A DNA stretch of 32,000 nucleotides from Microcystis aeruginosa NIES-2549. GTDB taxonomy: Bacteria; Cyanobacteriota; Cyanobacteriia; Cyanobacteriales; Microcystaceae. The notes beneath the pieces were generated by a model, which saw nothing but the letters and a program-made list of their open reading frames with translations, had not been told where the DNA came from and did no database searches. This document shows positions 16,661 to 26,704 of the stretch, piece by piece. Position numbers and translations under genes: made by a program. Location of the stretch: positions 2,070,001 through 2,102,000 of the forward strand of contig NZ_CP011304.1 of NCBI RefSeq assembly GCF_000981785.2, read 5' to 3'. Numbering within the stretch: the stretch's first letter is position 1; every line of letters begins with the position of its first letter.

Positions 16661-17413
16661 TCAGTCAATCCCAAAAGTTATCGAAACCACAGCGGTAATA
16701 TCTTTGTCGATCGAGGAAGTGTCGTAAATTCCCGAATCGCTCACGTCAGTGGAATTGCGCGAGGTGATCTGAAAAACTCCCGTTTTCGCATCGCGCACCC
16801 TTCCCACCCGACTGCCGGTACTACTAGCGATCGCCTCAGCCCTCGCTCTGGCATCCTTGGTCGCCGCAGCCACCATTTCCACCCGCAGTTGATCGAGTTG
16901 GGTGTAAAGGTATTGGGGGGGTTCGGAGACGAGGCTAATTCCCTCCTCGATCAATTCCGTTACCTGCCTAGAAAGTTCCGTGTAACGGGCCACATCGCTC
17001 GCTCGGATCTCGAAGCGTTGGGTGAGACGATAGGCGAGAATTTGCCCGGTTTCCTGACCGTTAGCTGTTACTTCGGGAATCGGCATCGTCTCGATCGCGT
17101 TAGTGGTGATTGCGTCCTCGGGAACTTGTTTTTCTTTGAGATAAGCTCGTATCCGCTCGGTTTGCCGGATCAGATCGCGGTAGGCATCCTGGGCGCTGGG
17201 TTGTTGACTGGAAACCGATAAACGCCAGAGAAGATAATCGGATGTAATCGCCCTTTTGGCCGAACCGGTCACGACAAAAACATCGCCCGCCCGTTTCACC
17301 TCCAAGAACGAGCGCGCCGCTATCCAGGAACTCAAGACGAGAGCGATCGATAGCATCGATAAACCCGCGAATACCTGTGGGAAACGTTGGAATATAGAAC
17401 TGTCTTTCATCAT
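16661..17413 (-). CDS. SIMPL-domain (DUF541) protein
   Basis: 250 aa with an N-terminal membrane anchor or signal. The pattern 'VVTGSAKRAITSDYLLWRLSVS...AYRDL...IRAYLKEKQVPEDAITTNAI' and the C-terminal 'ITAVVSITFGID' are typical of the SIMPL family. Confidence 0.85.
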   Translation of the reverse strand: MMKDSSIFQRFPQVFAGLSMLSIALVLSSWIAARSFLEVKRAGDVFVVTGSAKRAITSDYLLWRLSVSSQQPSAQDAYRDLIRQTERIRAYLKEKQVPEDAITTNAIETMPIPEVTANGQETGQILAYRLTQRFEIRASDVARYTELSRQVTELIEEGISLVSEPPQYLYTQLDQLRVEMVAAATKDARARAEAIASSTGSRVGRVRDAKTGVFQITSRNSTDVSDSGIYDTSSIDKDITAVVSITFGID

Positions 17414-17759
17414 CCCCCATCCTAGAAATCCGACGTTTCCATCCTATGCTAGTAGCGAGTGCCTTGACATTATTATTTACAAAAATCAATAGGGGTTGCA
17501 ATCTGACGGGAAGCTTTCCCTTACCCAAAAACTCCCTAGCGCTGACGGAGATAACGCCCTATGAGTTCGGCTTGAGCATTGGGACGATTATTGACCGATT
17601 CCAAGAATATTCCCAGAATTGAACCATCTCACCATCGGAATCCTGTTAATTTGTGCGTTAACGTTTTGTCCGGTTTGATTGCTTACTGTCACCAGCCGAA
17701 AAACCCTCCTTGAAAATGGAATGGGCTTTATCCCCCTCTGTTTAACCCGAACTGAGCTT

Positions 17760-17980
17760 AAATAAATACTTCGCCGAAAAAGGTTCCAGCGAAGTACCAC
17801 AATAGTCAGTGACCAGTTATCAGTTATCAGTACCTTTAATATAACACCTTTGATCCAAAAATCATACCTTTGTACAAAAAAAGGCCAAAAATAAATACTT
17901 CGCCGAAAAGGGTTTCAGCGAAGTACCACAATAGTCAGTGACCAGTTATCAGTTATCAGTGCTTTTAGTATAACACCCTT
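17760..17980. repeat. Two ~90-bp direct repeats (period ~130 bp) downstream of eno
   Basis: The unit is 'aaataaaTACTTCGCcgaaaa(a/g)gg(t)t(c/t)caGCGAAGTAccacaatagtcagtgaccagttatcagttatcagt(a/g)c(c/t)ttta(a/g)tataacacc', at about 17760-17850 and 17888-17980. On the minus strand the eno-proximal hairpin (17896-17925) is followed by a T-rich run and is plausibly the eno terminator. Confidence 0.75.
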
Positions 17981-18009
17981 TTTCGATCACTGCAAACTTT
18001 TTTCCAATT

Positions 18010-19311
<1,302 letters not shown>

Positions 19312-19354
19312 TTATCGTCTCCAACTCAATTTACGCGGTCATTGCGGCTGATTA

Positions 19355-20116
19355 CTAATTGCCTAAAGGGAAATCCACGTTGACAATCTGCTTTTGATCA
19401 TCAAAAACGAGGATTAAAGTATCCGTCAGTTTTTCAAATTGAATCGTCACCAACACCAGATCCACACCGTCCGTATCCGCACCTTTTCTGACCTGAGTTC
19501 CCACGACCCGACGCACGGGGCCGGTACGCTTAAGTAAATTCTCCCAAGCACCTTGCACTCTGGTGGGGAAAACCTCGGCTTTCAGGAGAGGATGTAAAAA
19601 ACCTCTGGCCAGGCCGTAGTCTTTATTGACCAAAGCCTTGACAAAAGCAGCACCAATCTCAGAAATACTGCGAAATTCGGGAAAATCGGCGGCAATTACC
19701 TGACCAGACCGGTTAAAGGTAATTACCACATCTTCAGTGATTTTCTCAAATTCAACGGTGACAATCACCAGATTGGCATTGATAGCATCGAGTAGCTTGC
19801 TTTTGACAATGCGCTTAAACGGTCCGGTATGGTCAATGACTTGGCTTTCCCAGACCTTTTGCAGTTTCTCGGCAGTCCAGAGGGGTTTTAGTTGGGGTGA
19901 CAAGGCTGCAATCACCTTGTCGTATTGTTTAGTTCCCAACCATTGTACTAACTGCCGAGCTTGCTTTTCTTCTCGGACGGGATCACCAATAGCGATCGCG
20001 GTCGGTTCTAGGTTCGCCTGTACTGGTGAAACGTTGAACGTGGTCAAAGGCAGGGTAAAACCAATTAAACACAAAGACAGAATCGATACCCGTTTAGCTA
20101 ATGAAAGCTGCATCAT
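19355..20116 (-). CDS. Secreted protein with two DUF3887-like repeats
   Basis: Likely start at Met21, giving the signal peptide 'MMQLSLAKRVSILSLCLIGFTLPLTTFNVSPVQA'; the ORF track start is 20176. There is an internal duplication: '...VIVTVEFEKITEDVVITFNRSGQVIAADFP' and '...VLVTIQFEKLTDTLILVFDDQKQIVNVDFP'. Confidence 0.75.
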   Translation of the reverse strand: MMQLSLAKRVSILSLCLIGFTLPLTTFNVSPVQANLEPTAIAIGDPVREEKQARQLVQWLGTKQYDKVIAALSPQLKPLWTAEKLQKVWESQVIDHTGPFKRIVKSKLLDAINANLVIVTVEFEKITEDVVITFNRSGQVIAADFPEFRSISEIGAAFVKALVNKDYGLARGFLHPLLKAEVFPTRVQGAWENLLKRTGPVRRVVGTQVRKGADTDGVDLVLVTIQFEKLTDTLILVFDDQKQIVNVDFPLGN

Positions 20117-20231
20117 TTCAGCTATTGCTCCGCAAATAAATAACGTTTTTTCACTTGACGATTGAATTGATGCCATTGTTCATTAGTTAAAGCATTCAAG
20201 ATCGCTCGATCGGGTAATATCTCTCCCCTTG

Positions 20232-22316
20232 TTATACTGGTTTAACGATTAAAACTACCGCCGAACGCGCTTGCACCCGATAGGTTTCCGATTCAATAGC
20301 GGCGGCGGCATCTAAATCACAGGCTGCCTCGGACAATTGCCCAGCAGTATCGATGACGCGATGCCATTTTTCCTCTGGGAATAGGGGGGGTAACTGGAAG
20401 TTGAGAGATTCCCAGTAAGCGTTCAGCATAATGTGTAAATACTCGTTGGCCTTGGGATAACGCAGGGAAAAAGCTAAACTGCGGGAATCTTCCGACCAAT
20501 CGGGTTTACTCAACTGTACGCCATGCCAACTCAGATGGGGTTCGAGACTGGTATAGGTGACTTCTAGCAATTTTTCCTGACGGAAAAGAGCTAATTTTTT
20601 ATTAAAATCGATCAGTCTCCTTACGAAACACCAAAGATCGAACTCTTGCTCTACCGCACTCCAATCGAACCAACTTAACTGGTTATCCTGACAATAGGCG
20701 TTATTGTTGCCCTTTTGGGTGCGTCGCACTTCGTCTCCCATCAACAGCATAGGTGTTCCTTGGGAAATGAACAGGATCGTTAAGAGATTTTTTATTTGTT
20801 GCAGTCGCAGGGTTTTAATCGCCTCGTTATTGGTTTCCCCTTCTATCCCACAATTCCAGCTAAAATTATCGTTGCAACCGTCCCGATTCTTCTCGCCGTT
20901 AGCCTCGTTGTGTTTCTCGTCGTAGGAAACTAGATCGTTAAGGGTAAAGCCATCGTGACAGGTAACAAAATTTATACTTCTATTGACATCGTTGTCAGGT
21001 CTGTGGTATATGTCGGGGCTTCCTAAAATCCGCGCCGCTAATTTCCTGACTATGCCGGTATCTCCCCGGACAAAAGCGCGCACATCATCGCGAAAAGGAC
21101 CATTCCACTCGGAAAACCAATCGGCAAATTCGACAAATTGACCGACACTATACAATCCTGCCGCGTCCCAAGCTTCGGCGATTAATTTTGTCCCGGCTAA
21201 GACTGGATCCGATTCGATCGCCCAGATCATGTTATAACCTTTTTGCAGGATCGGTTCCCCGTCCACATTGCGCGATAATACGGCCGCTAGGTCAAAGCGA
21301 AAACCATCGACGTGCATTTCCGACACCCAATAGCGCAAACAATCGAGAATCATTTTGCCAACAATCGGATGACTGCCCTTGAGGGTGTTACCACAGCCGG
21401 TATAGTTGCTATAGAGGCTTTTATCGACCGCATCGAGGATGTAGTAGGTGCGATTATCGATACCTTTCAAGGAAAGAGTCGGCCCGATTTCGTCCCCCTC
21501 GGCGGTATGATTGAAAACTACATCGAGAATCACTTCAATCCCCGCTTTGTGTAACGCTTTCACCAGATCGCGAAATTCATTCAAAGGACCGAGCGGTGAG
21601 CGATCGCTACTGTAGCCGGCATGGGGCGCAAAAAAGCCGATCGTGCTATAACCCCAATAGTTAGTTAACCCCGGCATAGCGGCAGCGGGATCAAAGTAAT
21701 GAATCGGTAACAATTCCACGGCAGTAATGCCTAGGTTTTTCAAATAGGGTATTTTTTCGATTAATCCCGCAAAAGTACCTCTTTTTTCCTCGCTAACACC
21801 GGAATTCGGGTTACGAGTAAAGCCACCGACGTGCATTTCGTAGATAAAACTGGCAGAGTAGGGAGTGCGTAGCGGTTCGTCATCTTCCCAATCATAGCAG
21901 CCCGTATCCACTACCAGACCCCGCAAAGCTCGATGACAATTATCGCCTTTTTCGCTGGCAGCTTGTCGATCATAAATTTCCGCACCGACAATCGCTTTCG
22001 CATAGGGATCGAGAACTACTTTATCAGGATCGAAGCGATGACCCTGGGCCGGATTATCCGGACCATAGACTCGATAAGCATACACTTGACCGACTCCAAT
22101 GCCGTGAACGAAAATATGCCAATAGAAAAAGGTGCGGTTTGTTTGCGGGGTGAGGAGAATAGTCCGGCTAGGTACGGGAGAATTAGCATCATCAAATAAT
22201 AATAATTCGATGGCAGTGGCATACTTAGAAAATAGTGAGAAGTTGACACCATCGGCTAATACAGTCGCACCGACAGGATGGCTTTTACCGTGATCGGTTT
22301 TTAAGGTCATTGTCAA
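20232..22316 (-). CDS. glgX: Glycogen debranching enzyme (GH13 isoamylase type)
   Basis: 694 aa. GH13 regions 'LDVVFNHT', 'GFRFDLA', 'EAWD' and 'FVTCHDGFTLND', plus the N-terminal CBM48-like 'GATVLADGVNFSLFS'. Confidence 0.93.
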   Translation of the reverse strand: MTMTLKTDHGKSHPVGATVLADGVNFSLFSKYATAIELLLFDDANSPVPSRTILLTPQTNRTFFYWHIFVHGIGVGQVYAYRVYGPDNPAQGHRFDPDKVVLDPYAKAIVGAEIYDRQAASEKGDNCHRALRGLVVDTGCYDWEDDEPLRTPYSASFIYEMHVGGFTRNPNSGVSEEKRGTFAGLIEKIPYLKNLGITAVELLPIHYFDPAAAMPGLTNYWGYSTIGFFAPHAGYSSDRSPLGPLNEFRDLVKALHKAGIEVILDVVFNHTAEGDEIGPTLSLKGIDNRTYYILDAVDKSLYSNYTGCGNTLKGSHPIVGKMILDCLRYWVSEMHVDGFRFDLAAVLSRNVDGEPILQKGYNMIWAIESDPVLAGTKLIAEAWDAAGLYSVGQFVEFADWFSEWNGPFRDDVRAFVRGDTGIVRKLAARILGSPDIYHRPDNDVNRSINFVTCHDGFTLNDLVSYDEKHNEANGEKNRDGCNDNFSWNCGIEGETNNEAIKTLRLQQIKNLLTILFISQGTPMLLMGDEVRRTQKGNNNAYCQDNQLSWFDWSAVEQEFDLWCFVRRLIDFNKKLALFRQEKLLEVTYTSLEPHLSWHGVQLSKPDWSEDSRSLAFSLRYPKANEYLHIMLNAYWESLNFQLPPLFPEEKWHRVIDTAGQLSEAACDLDAAAAIESETYRVQARSAVVLIVKPV

Positions 22317-22588
22317 GAGATAAGAAGTGATTAGGATTAGTATAAGATTATTCGGCGTTGTTGAATCAAGGTATGAATGCTAACTGTGTATCGCATCCAA
22401 AAGTTAGTTGGGGTGCAGGTTTTAAAAATCTCACCCAAGAAGACTCAGAACTCAAATCAGCAACGCCAGGATTTTAATCGAGATGGTGTGATTAATTTCT
22501 AAGACCTTGCCCCGTTCAATAAAGCTCTCAATTTTCCGAGCAATCAAGAAAAAAATATAGGAGTTTTAAATGACCTTTCCCGAATATT

Positions 22589-23458
22589 TTAGGCTTGATT
22601 AAGCCAATTAATTAAGTCAGCTTGACTCTCAAAGTCTAGCAACGCTTCTCCTAAGTCTTCTAATTTTTCTACTGAGAGTTTTTGGATAGTTTCGGTAATA
22701 TGCGGGGGAAGTTCACCAAAACGTCGCTTTAGTTGACGTAGCACTAACTTGGATGCTTCTTTTTGAAGTCCGATAGCTTCTCCTAGTTGAATAGCTTTTT
22801 CTCTATCCTGTTCGTATAAAGGGGCTAAACGCATAATAAATTTCCTCTCCTCCTGGGTTCTTTTGGGTAAGGCTTGCAAGTTCCTACTCAAATTGTATAA
22901 TAATTTCAAGGAAGCTGATTTAAAGGGATGATTAGAAGACAAGGCCTCTAATTCATCAATCGCTCTGCTTCTGGTTCCTCCTCTGCCTAATAATCTTAAC
23001 CAAAGGGTTTCAGGGGTTTCAGGTAATTGATGCAGGACAATAATGGCTGTGGTTAATGCTGGGGCTAAAAAATAAATTCCTTCTCCCCAATCTGGATGAT
23101 TGAGAGCGGAAAAAGCAGTTATAATTCTTTGACTGGCCGTAGGAGTTAGTATCCATAGTCTAGGAATATTTTCTGCTAATAAGGGTTGTTGATGACGGTG
23201 AGCTTCTCTTTGTAATTGTTCCCGCACAGTTAACAGTTTAGATAAACAAGCGAGAATTCCCTCAATCGTGACTGGATTGCGATAGGGTTCTAATAGACAA
23301 GGGGTTTGAGCTAATCGACCCAATAAACCTAATTCGGGCGGTATTTTGGGGGAAGTCGGCCGAAAATACACATTAATTTCTTGAGTTTCTGCCGTCACAT
23401 CAAGGCTAGTTTTCACGTCACCGGAAGAAGAGAGAAAGGTTTCGAGGTAGTCTTTCAC
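22589..23458 (-). CDS. DUF4351-domain (Rpn/YhgA-like) protein, paralog 1
   Basis: 289 aa with C-terminal 'LVLRQLKRRFGELPPHITETIQKLSVEKLEDLGEALLDF' (DUF4351). It is near-identical to paralog 2. It starts at a GTG created by a 1-bp insertion relative to paralog 2, and the first ~10 ancestral codons are out of frame upstream. Confidence 0.75.
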   Translation of the reverse strand: MKDYLETFLSSSGDVKTSLDVTAETQEINVYFRPTSPKIPPELGLLGRLAQTPCLLEPYRNPVTIEGILACLSKLLTVREQLQREAHRHQQPLLAENIPRLWILTPTASQRIITAFSALNHPDWGEGIYFLAPALTTAIIVLHQLPETPETLWLRLLGRGGTRSRAIDELEALSSNHPFKSASLKLLYNLSRNLQALPKRTQEERKFIMRLAPLYEQDREKAIQLGEAIGLQKEASKLVLRQLKRRFGELPPHITETIQKLSVEKLEDLGEALLDFESQADLINWLNQA

Positions 23459-23540
23459 TAAATTTATCCCAAAGAAAGCGAGTCAAGGCTGAAGTGATTA
23501 AATCAATGATGGTTATTTTATCATTTTAAAAGCCTATTTA

Positions 23541-24479
23541 TTAGTTCAGCCAATTAATTAAGTCAGCTTGAGTCTCAAAGTCTAGTAATGCTTCTCCTAA
23601 GTCTTCTAATTTTTCTACTGAGAGTTTTTGAATAGTTTCGGTGATATGCGGGGGTAGTTCACCAAAACGTCGGTTAAGTAAGCGTAGCACTAGGTTGGCT
23701 TCTCCTTTTTGAAGTCCGATAGCTTCTCCTTGTTGAATCCCTTCGATTCTACCTTTTTGAAGTCCGATAGCTTCTCCTTGTTGAATAGCTTTTTCTCTAT
23801 CTTGTTCGTATAAAGGGGCTAAACGCATAATAAATTTCCTCTCCTCCTGGGTTCTTTTGGGTAAGGCTTGCAAGTTCCTACTCAAATTGTATAATAATTT
23901 CAAGGAAGCTGATTTAAAGGGATGATTAGAAGACAAGGCCTCTAATTCATCAATCGCTCTGCTTCTGGTTCCTCCTCTGCCTAATAATCTTAACCAAAGG
24001 GTTTCAGGGGTTTCGGGTAATTGATGCAGGACAATAATGGCTGTGGTTAATGCTGGAGGTAAAAAGTAAATCCCTTCTCCCCAATCTGGATGATTGAGAG
24101 CGGAAAAAGCAGTTATAATTCTTTGACTGGCAGTAGGAGTTAGTATCCATAGTCTAGGGATATTTTCTGCTAATAAGGGTTGTTGATGACGGTGAGCTTC
24201 TCTTTGTAATTGTTCCCGCACAGTCAACAGTTTAGATAAACAAGCGAGAATTCCCTCAATCGTGACAGGATTGCGATAGGGTTCCAATAAACAAGGGGTT
24301 TGAGCTAATTTGCCCAATAGGCCTAATTCGGGCGGTATTTCTGGGGAAGTCGGTCGAAAATACACATCGATTTCTTGAGTTTCTGCCGTCACGTCAAGGC
24401 TAGTTTTCACGTCACCAGAAGAAGCAAGAAAAGTTTCGAGGTAATCTTTACTAAATTTATCCCAAAGAAAGCGAGTCAA
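23541..24479 (-). CDS. DUF4351-domain (Rpn/YhgA-like) protein, paralog 2
   Basis: 312 aa with a TTG start ('(M)TRFLWDKFSKDYLETFL'). It contains a 48-bp tandem duplication (23704-23738 and 23752-23786) giving 'QQGEAIGLQKGRIEGIQQGEAIGLQKG'. Confidence 0.8.
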   Translation of the reverse strand: MTRFLWDKFSKDYLETFLASSGDVKTSLDVTAETQEIDVYFRPTSPEIPPELGLLGKLAQTPCLLEPYRNPVTIEGILACLSKLLTVREQLQREAHRHQQPLLAENIPRLWILTPTASQRIITAFSALNHPDWGEGIYFLPPALTTAIIVLHQLPETPETLWLRLLGRGGTRSRAIDELEALSSNHPFKSASLKLLYNLSRNLQALPKRTQEERKFIMRLAPLYEQDREKAIQQGEAIGLQKGRIEGIQQGEAIGLQKGEANLVLRLLNRRFGELPPHITETIQKLSVEKLEDLGEALLDFETQADLINWLN

Positions 24480-24629
24480 GGCTTAGGTGATTCAATCGAT
24501 GATCAGGGTTATTTTATCATTTTAAAAGCCTGATTGGAAAAATTAGCAGCATTGCAGCTTTAGTTACAGATTTTTCCTAGTTTTTGCGCTAGAACTGAAA
24601 GGTTAATCAGCAAAAAACGCGCTCGACGA

Positions 24630-26336
24630 ATGAAACCGCAAATCATCGTCTGTGGATTAGGTCGCACGGGTTATAAAATCTTTTGTTTACTCAAACAACA
24701 ATCTGCGGCAGTAGCGGCGATTAGCGATCGCCAAATGGTCTGCGAATACCAGTCTGATATTATCATCGGCGATCCCTGCTCTCCTCAGACTCTCCTGCAA
24801 GCTGGTCTCCCGGATGCAGAAACCCTAGTTTTGGCCATCGATAACGACGCACTCAATCTGGAAATTCTCACCCGTGCAAGGATAATTAACCCAAAAATTC
24901 GGATAGTTAACCGACTATTTAACGAAACTTTAGGAGAAAGACTCGATCAAACCCTCCCTGCTCACGTTAGCATGAGCGTTGCTTCCCTAGCGGCTCCGAT
25001 CTTTTCCTTTGCTGCCCTTGGTAATAAAGCTATCGGTCAATTACAGCTATTCGATCGCCTTTGGCCAATTCAAGAGATAATTATCGAGGAAAATCATCCT
25101 TGGTGGGGATTACCCCTCTACGAACTTTGGGACGATCCGGCCCGGATGTTAATCTATTATCTCCCCGCTCACGACGAAATTGATCTGGTTTCAGCAGTTC
25201 TTTTAGGCAAAAAACTCCAAACTGGCGATCATCTCATTATCGGCAATAAACCGACAATTAAGGCAAAACAGCGTTTTAAACTGCAAAAGTGGCTGAGAAA
25301 TCTACTCAATCTCCGTCCCTATCAGCACTATGTCCAACCGGTAATTCTTGTCACCCTTTCCCTCCTGGGGATGATTTCCCTTGCTACCATTACCTATCTC
25401 AGCGTTAATCAAAAAATTTCCCTCGTCGATTCCCTCTATTTCTCCGTCGGGATGATTACCGGTGCCGGAGGTAACGAAAAAGTGGCCGAATCTACCCCCG
25501 ATAGTATCAAAATTTTTACCGTGGTCATGATGATTGTCGGTGCGGGGGTTATTGGTATCTGTTATGCTCTCCTCAACGATTTTATTCTCGGTAGTCGCTT
25601 TAAGCAGTTTTGGGATGCTACCCGCATTCCCGTCCGCAATCATCACATTATCTGTGGTTTAGGAGGTATCGGCACCCGGATCGTGCGACAATTACACGAG
25701 CAAGGCTGTGAAGTGGTGGTGATTGAATCAGACCCCAATAATCGATTTTTGCATTCCGTGCGCTCCTGGGGAATCCCCGTTATCATCGAGGATGCGCGTC
25801 TAGTGGCTACCCTAGAAACCGCTAATATTAACAACGCTGAATCTTTGATCGTGGTGACTTACGAGGATATGATTAATGTGGAGATTGCCCTCACTGCTAA
25901 AGCGATCGCTCCTAAAATTAATCTAGTTTTACGCTGCTCTCAGGAACAATTCGGGCGATCGATTCAAGAGGTTTTTGATTTTGATACGGTATTATGTCCC
26001 CGGGATCTAGCTACCTATTCCTTCGCCGCGGCCGCTTTGGGCGGTAGAATTCTCGGTAATGGCATGACCGATGATCTCCTCTGGGTTGCTTTGGCTACAT
26101 TAATCACACCTAATCATCCTTTTATGGGTCAAATTATCAAGGAAGCGGCGATGAATGCCGATTTTGTGCCACTTTACCTAGAAAAACAAGGTCAAACTAT
26201 CCACGGTTGGCAATTACTGGAAATCACTCTCGATCAAGGTGATATTCTTTATCTAACTATGCCGGCTATGCGTTTACAACAGGTTTGGCAAAATACTTCC
26301 CTAACTATTCCCCAATCTTTCCCCGATTTAAAATGA
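24630..26336 (+). CDS. Ion-channel protein with two RCK/TrkA-N domains and a non-canonical pore filter
   Basis: 568 aa. The N-terminal Rossmann motif is 'IIVCGLGRTGYKI' and the second RCK is 'HIICGLGGIGTRIVRQL'. Between them is a 2-TM pore module 'VDSLYFSVGMITGAGGNEK', which reads TGAGGN where K+ channels have TVGYGD. Confidence 0.85.
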   Translation: MKPQIIVCGLGRTGYKIFCLLKQQSAAVAAISDRQMVCEYQSDIIIGDPCSPQTLLQAGLPDAETLVLAIDNDALNLEILTRARIINPKIRIVNRLFNETLGERLDQTLPAHVSMSVASLAAPIFSFAALGNKAIGQLQLFDRLWPIQEIIIEENHPWWGLPLYELWDDPARMLIYYLPAHDEIDLVSAVLLGKKLQTGDHLIIGNKPTIKAKQRFKLQKWLRNLLNLRPYQHYVQPVILVTLSLLGMISLATITYLSVNQKISLVDSLYFSVGMITGAGGNEKVAESTPDSIKIFTVVMMIVGAGVIGICYALLNDFILGSRFKQFWDATRIPVRNHHIICGLGGIGTRIVRQLHEQGCEVVVIESDPNNRFLHSVRSWGIPVIIEDARLVATLETANINNAESLIVVTYEDMINVEIALTAKAIAPKINLVLRCSQEQFGRSIQEVFDFDTVLCPRDLATYSFAAAALGGRILGNGMTDDLLWVALATLITPNHPFMGQIIKEAAMNADFVPLYLEKQGQTIHGWQLLEITLDQGDILYLTMPAMRLQQVWQNTSLTIPQSFPDLK

Positions 26337-26587
26337 TTTCTGGTCTTAATTATCTGAGCAAAGCTAGTTATCGCTGTATCTTGAGTTTAGGCAGTGCTGG
26401 CAGTATTTTAAGTCTCGCTAGTGCCAGCAGCATTTTAAGTCTGGTTAGTATCGGCAGTATGCTCAGTATTGGCAGTGTTGGCAGTATTCTTAGTATTGGC
26501 AGTGTTGGCAGTATTCTTAGTATTGGCAGTGTCGGCAGTATATTTGGCATTTTTCAATATCATTCTCTGCCTAACTATCCTGAGTAG
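26333..26587 (+). CDS. 84-aa Ser-rich nonapeptide-repeat protein, translationally coupled to the channel gene
   Basis: The ATG at 26333 overlaps the channel stop codon (ATGA). It has six tandem 9-aa units: SLGSAGSIL, SLASASSIL, SLVSIGSML, SIGSVGSIL, SIGSVGSIL, SIGSVGSIF. The ORF track start at 26285 lies inside the channel gene and is less likely. Confidence 0.5.
   Translation: MISGLNYLSKASYRCILSLGSAGSILSLASASSILSLVSIGSMLSIGSVGSILSIGSVGSILSIGSVGSIFGIFQYHSLPNYPE
26384..26545 (+). repeat. Six tandem 27-bp repeats (coding)
   Basis: The last three units are nearly identical ('agtattggcagtgttggcagtattctt'); the first three are diverged. All keep the reading frame. Confidence 0.9.
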
Positions 26588-26650
26588 TTCTAATGAACTA
26601 TTCATTACCGCTTCTTTGTCGATGGCGGTTTTTTGAGTTTAAACTGTGGA

Positions 26651-26683
26651 GCGATCGCTTTTTATGCAAACAAAATAGAAAGG
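26651..26683. repeat. HIP1-capped hairpin repeat family B, copy 1 (partial)
   Basis: 'GCGATCGCtttttatgcaaacaaaatagaaag'. It lacks the distal HIP1 present in copies 2 and 3. Confidence 0.7.
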
Positions 26684-26704
26684 GTATTAATCGGATTAAG
26701 GGAT

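Noticed and set aside
16643-17528. 192-aa plus-strand and 142-aa minus-strand ORFs overlapping the SIMPL gene
   Set aside because: They are antisense or alternative-frame shadows of a gene with clear family motifs. Their translations are Arg/Gly/Ser-rich, as is typical of off-frame reading.
17414-17760. Long (~350 bp) 5' region upstream of the SIMPL gene as a possible riboswitch or ncRNA
   Set aside because: I could not match it to any riboswitch core I know, such as the B12 box or the TPP, SAM or glutamine motifs. It needs a covariance-model scan (Rfam/Infernal) before any claim.
19737-20165. 142-aa plus-strand ORF antisense to the DUF3887 gene, and similar antisense ORFs within glgX, eno and the channel gene
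   Set aside because: All lie inside genes with strong family signatures on the opposite strand and have no motifs of their own.
26368-26550. 60-aa minus-strand ORF 'LPTLPILRI...' across the 27-bp repeats
   Set aside because: It is the antisense reading of the tandem repeat. The plus-strand frame has the ATGA coupling to the channel gene and is the more plausible coding frame, if either is coding.
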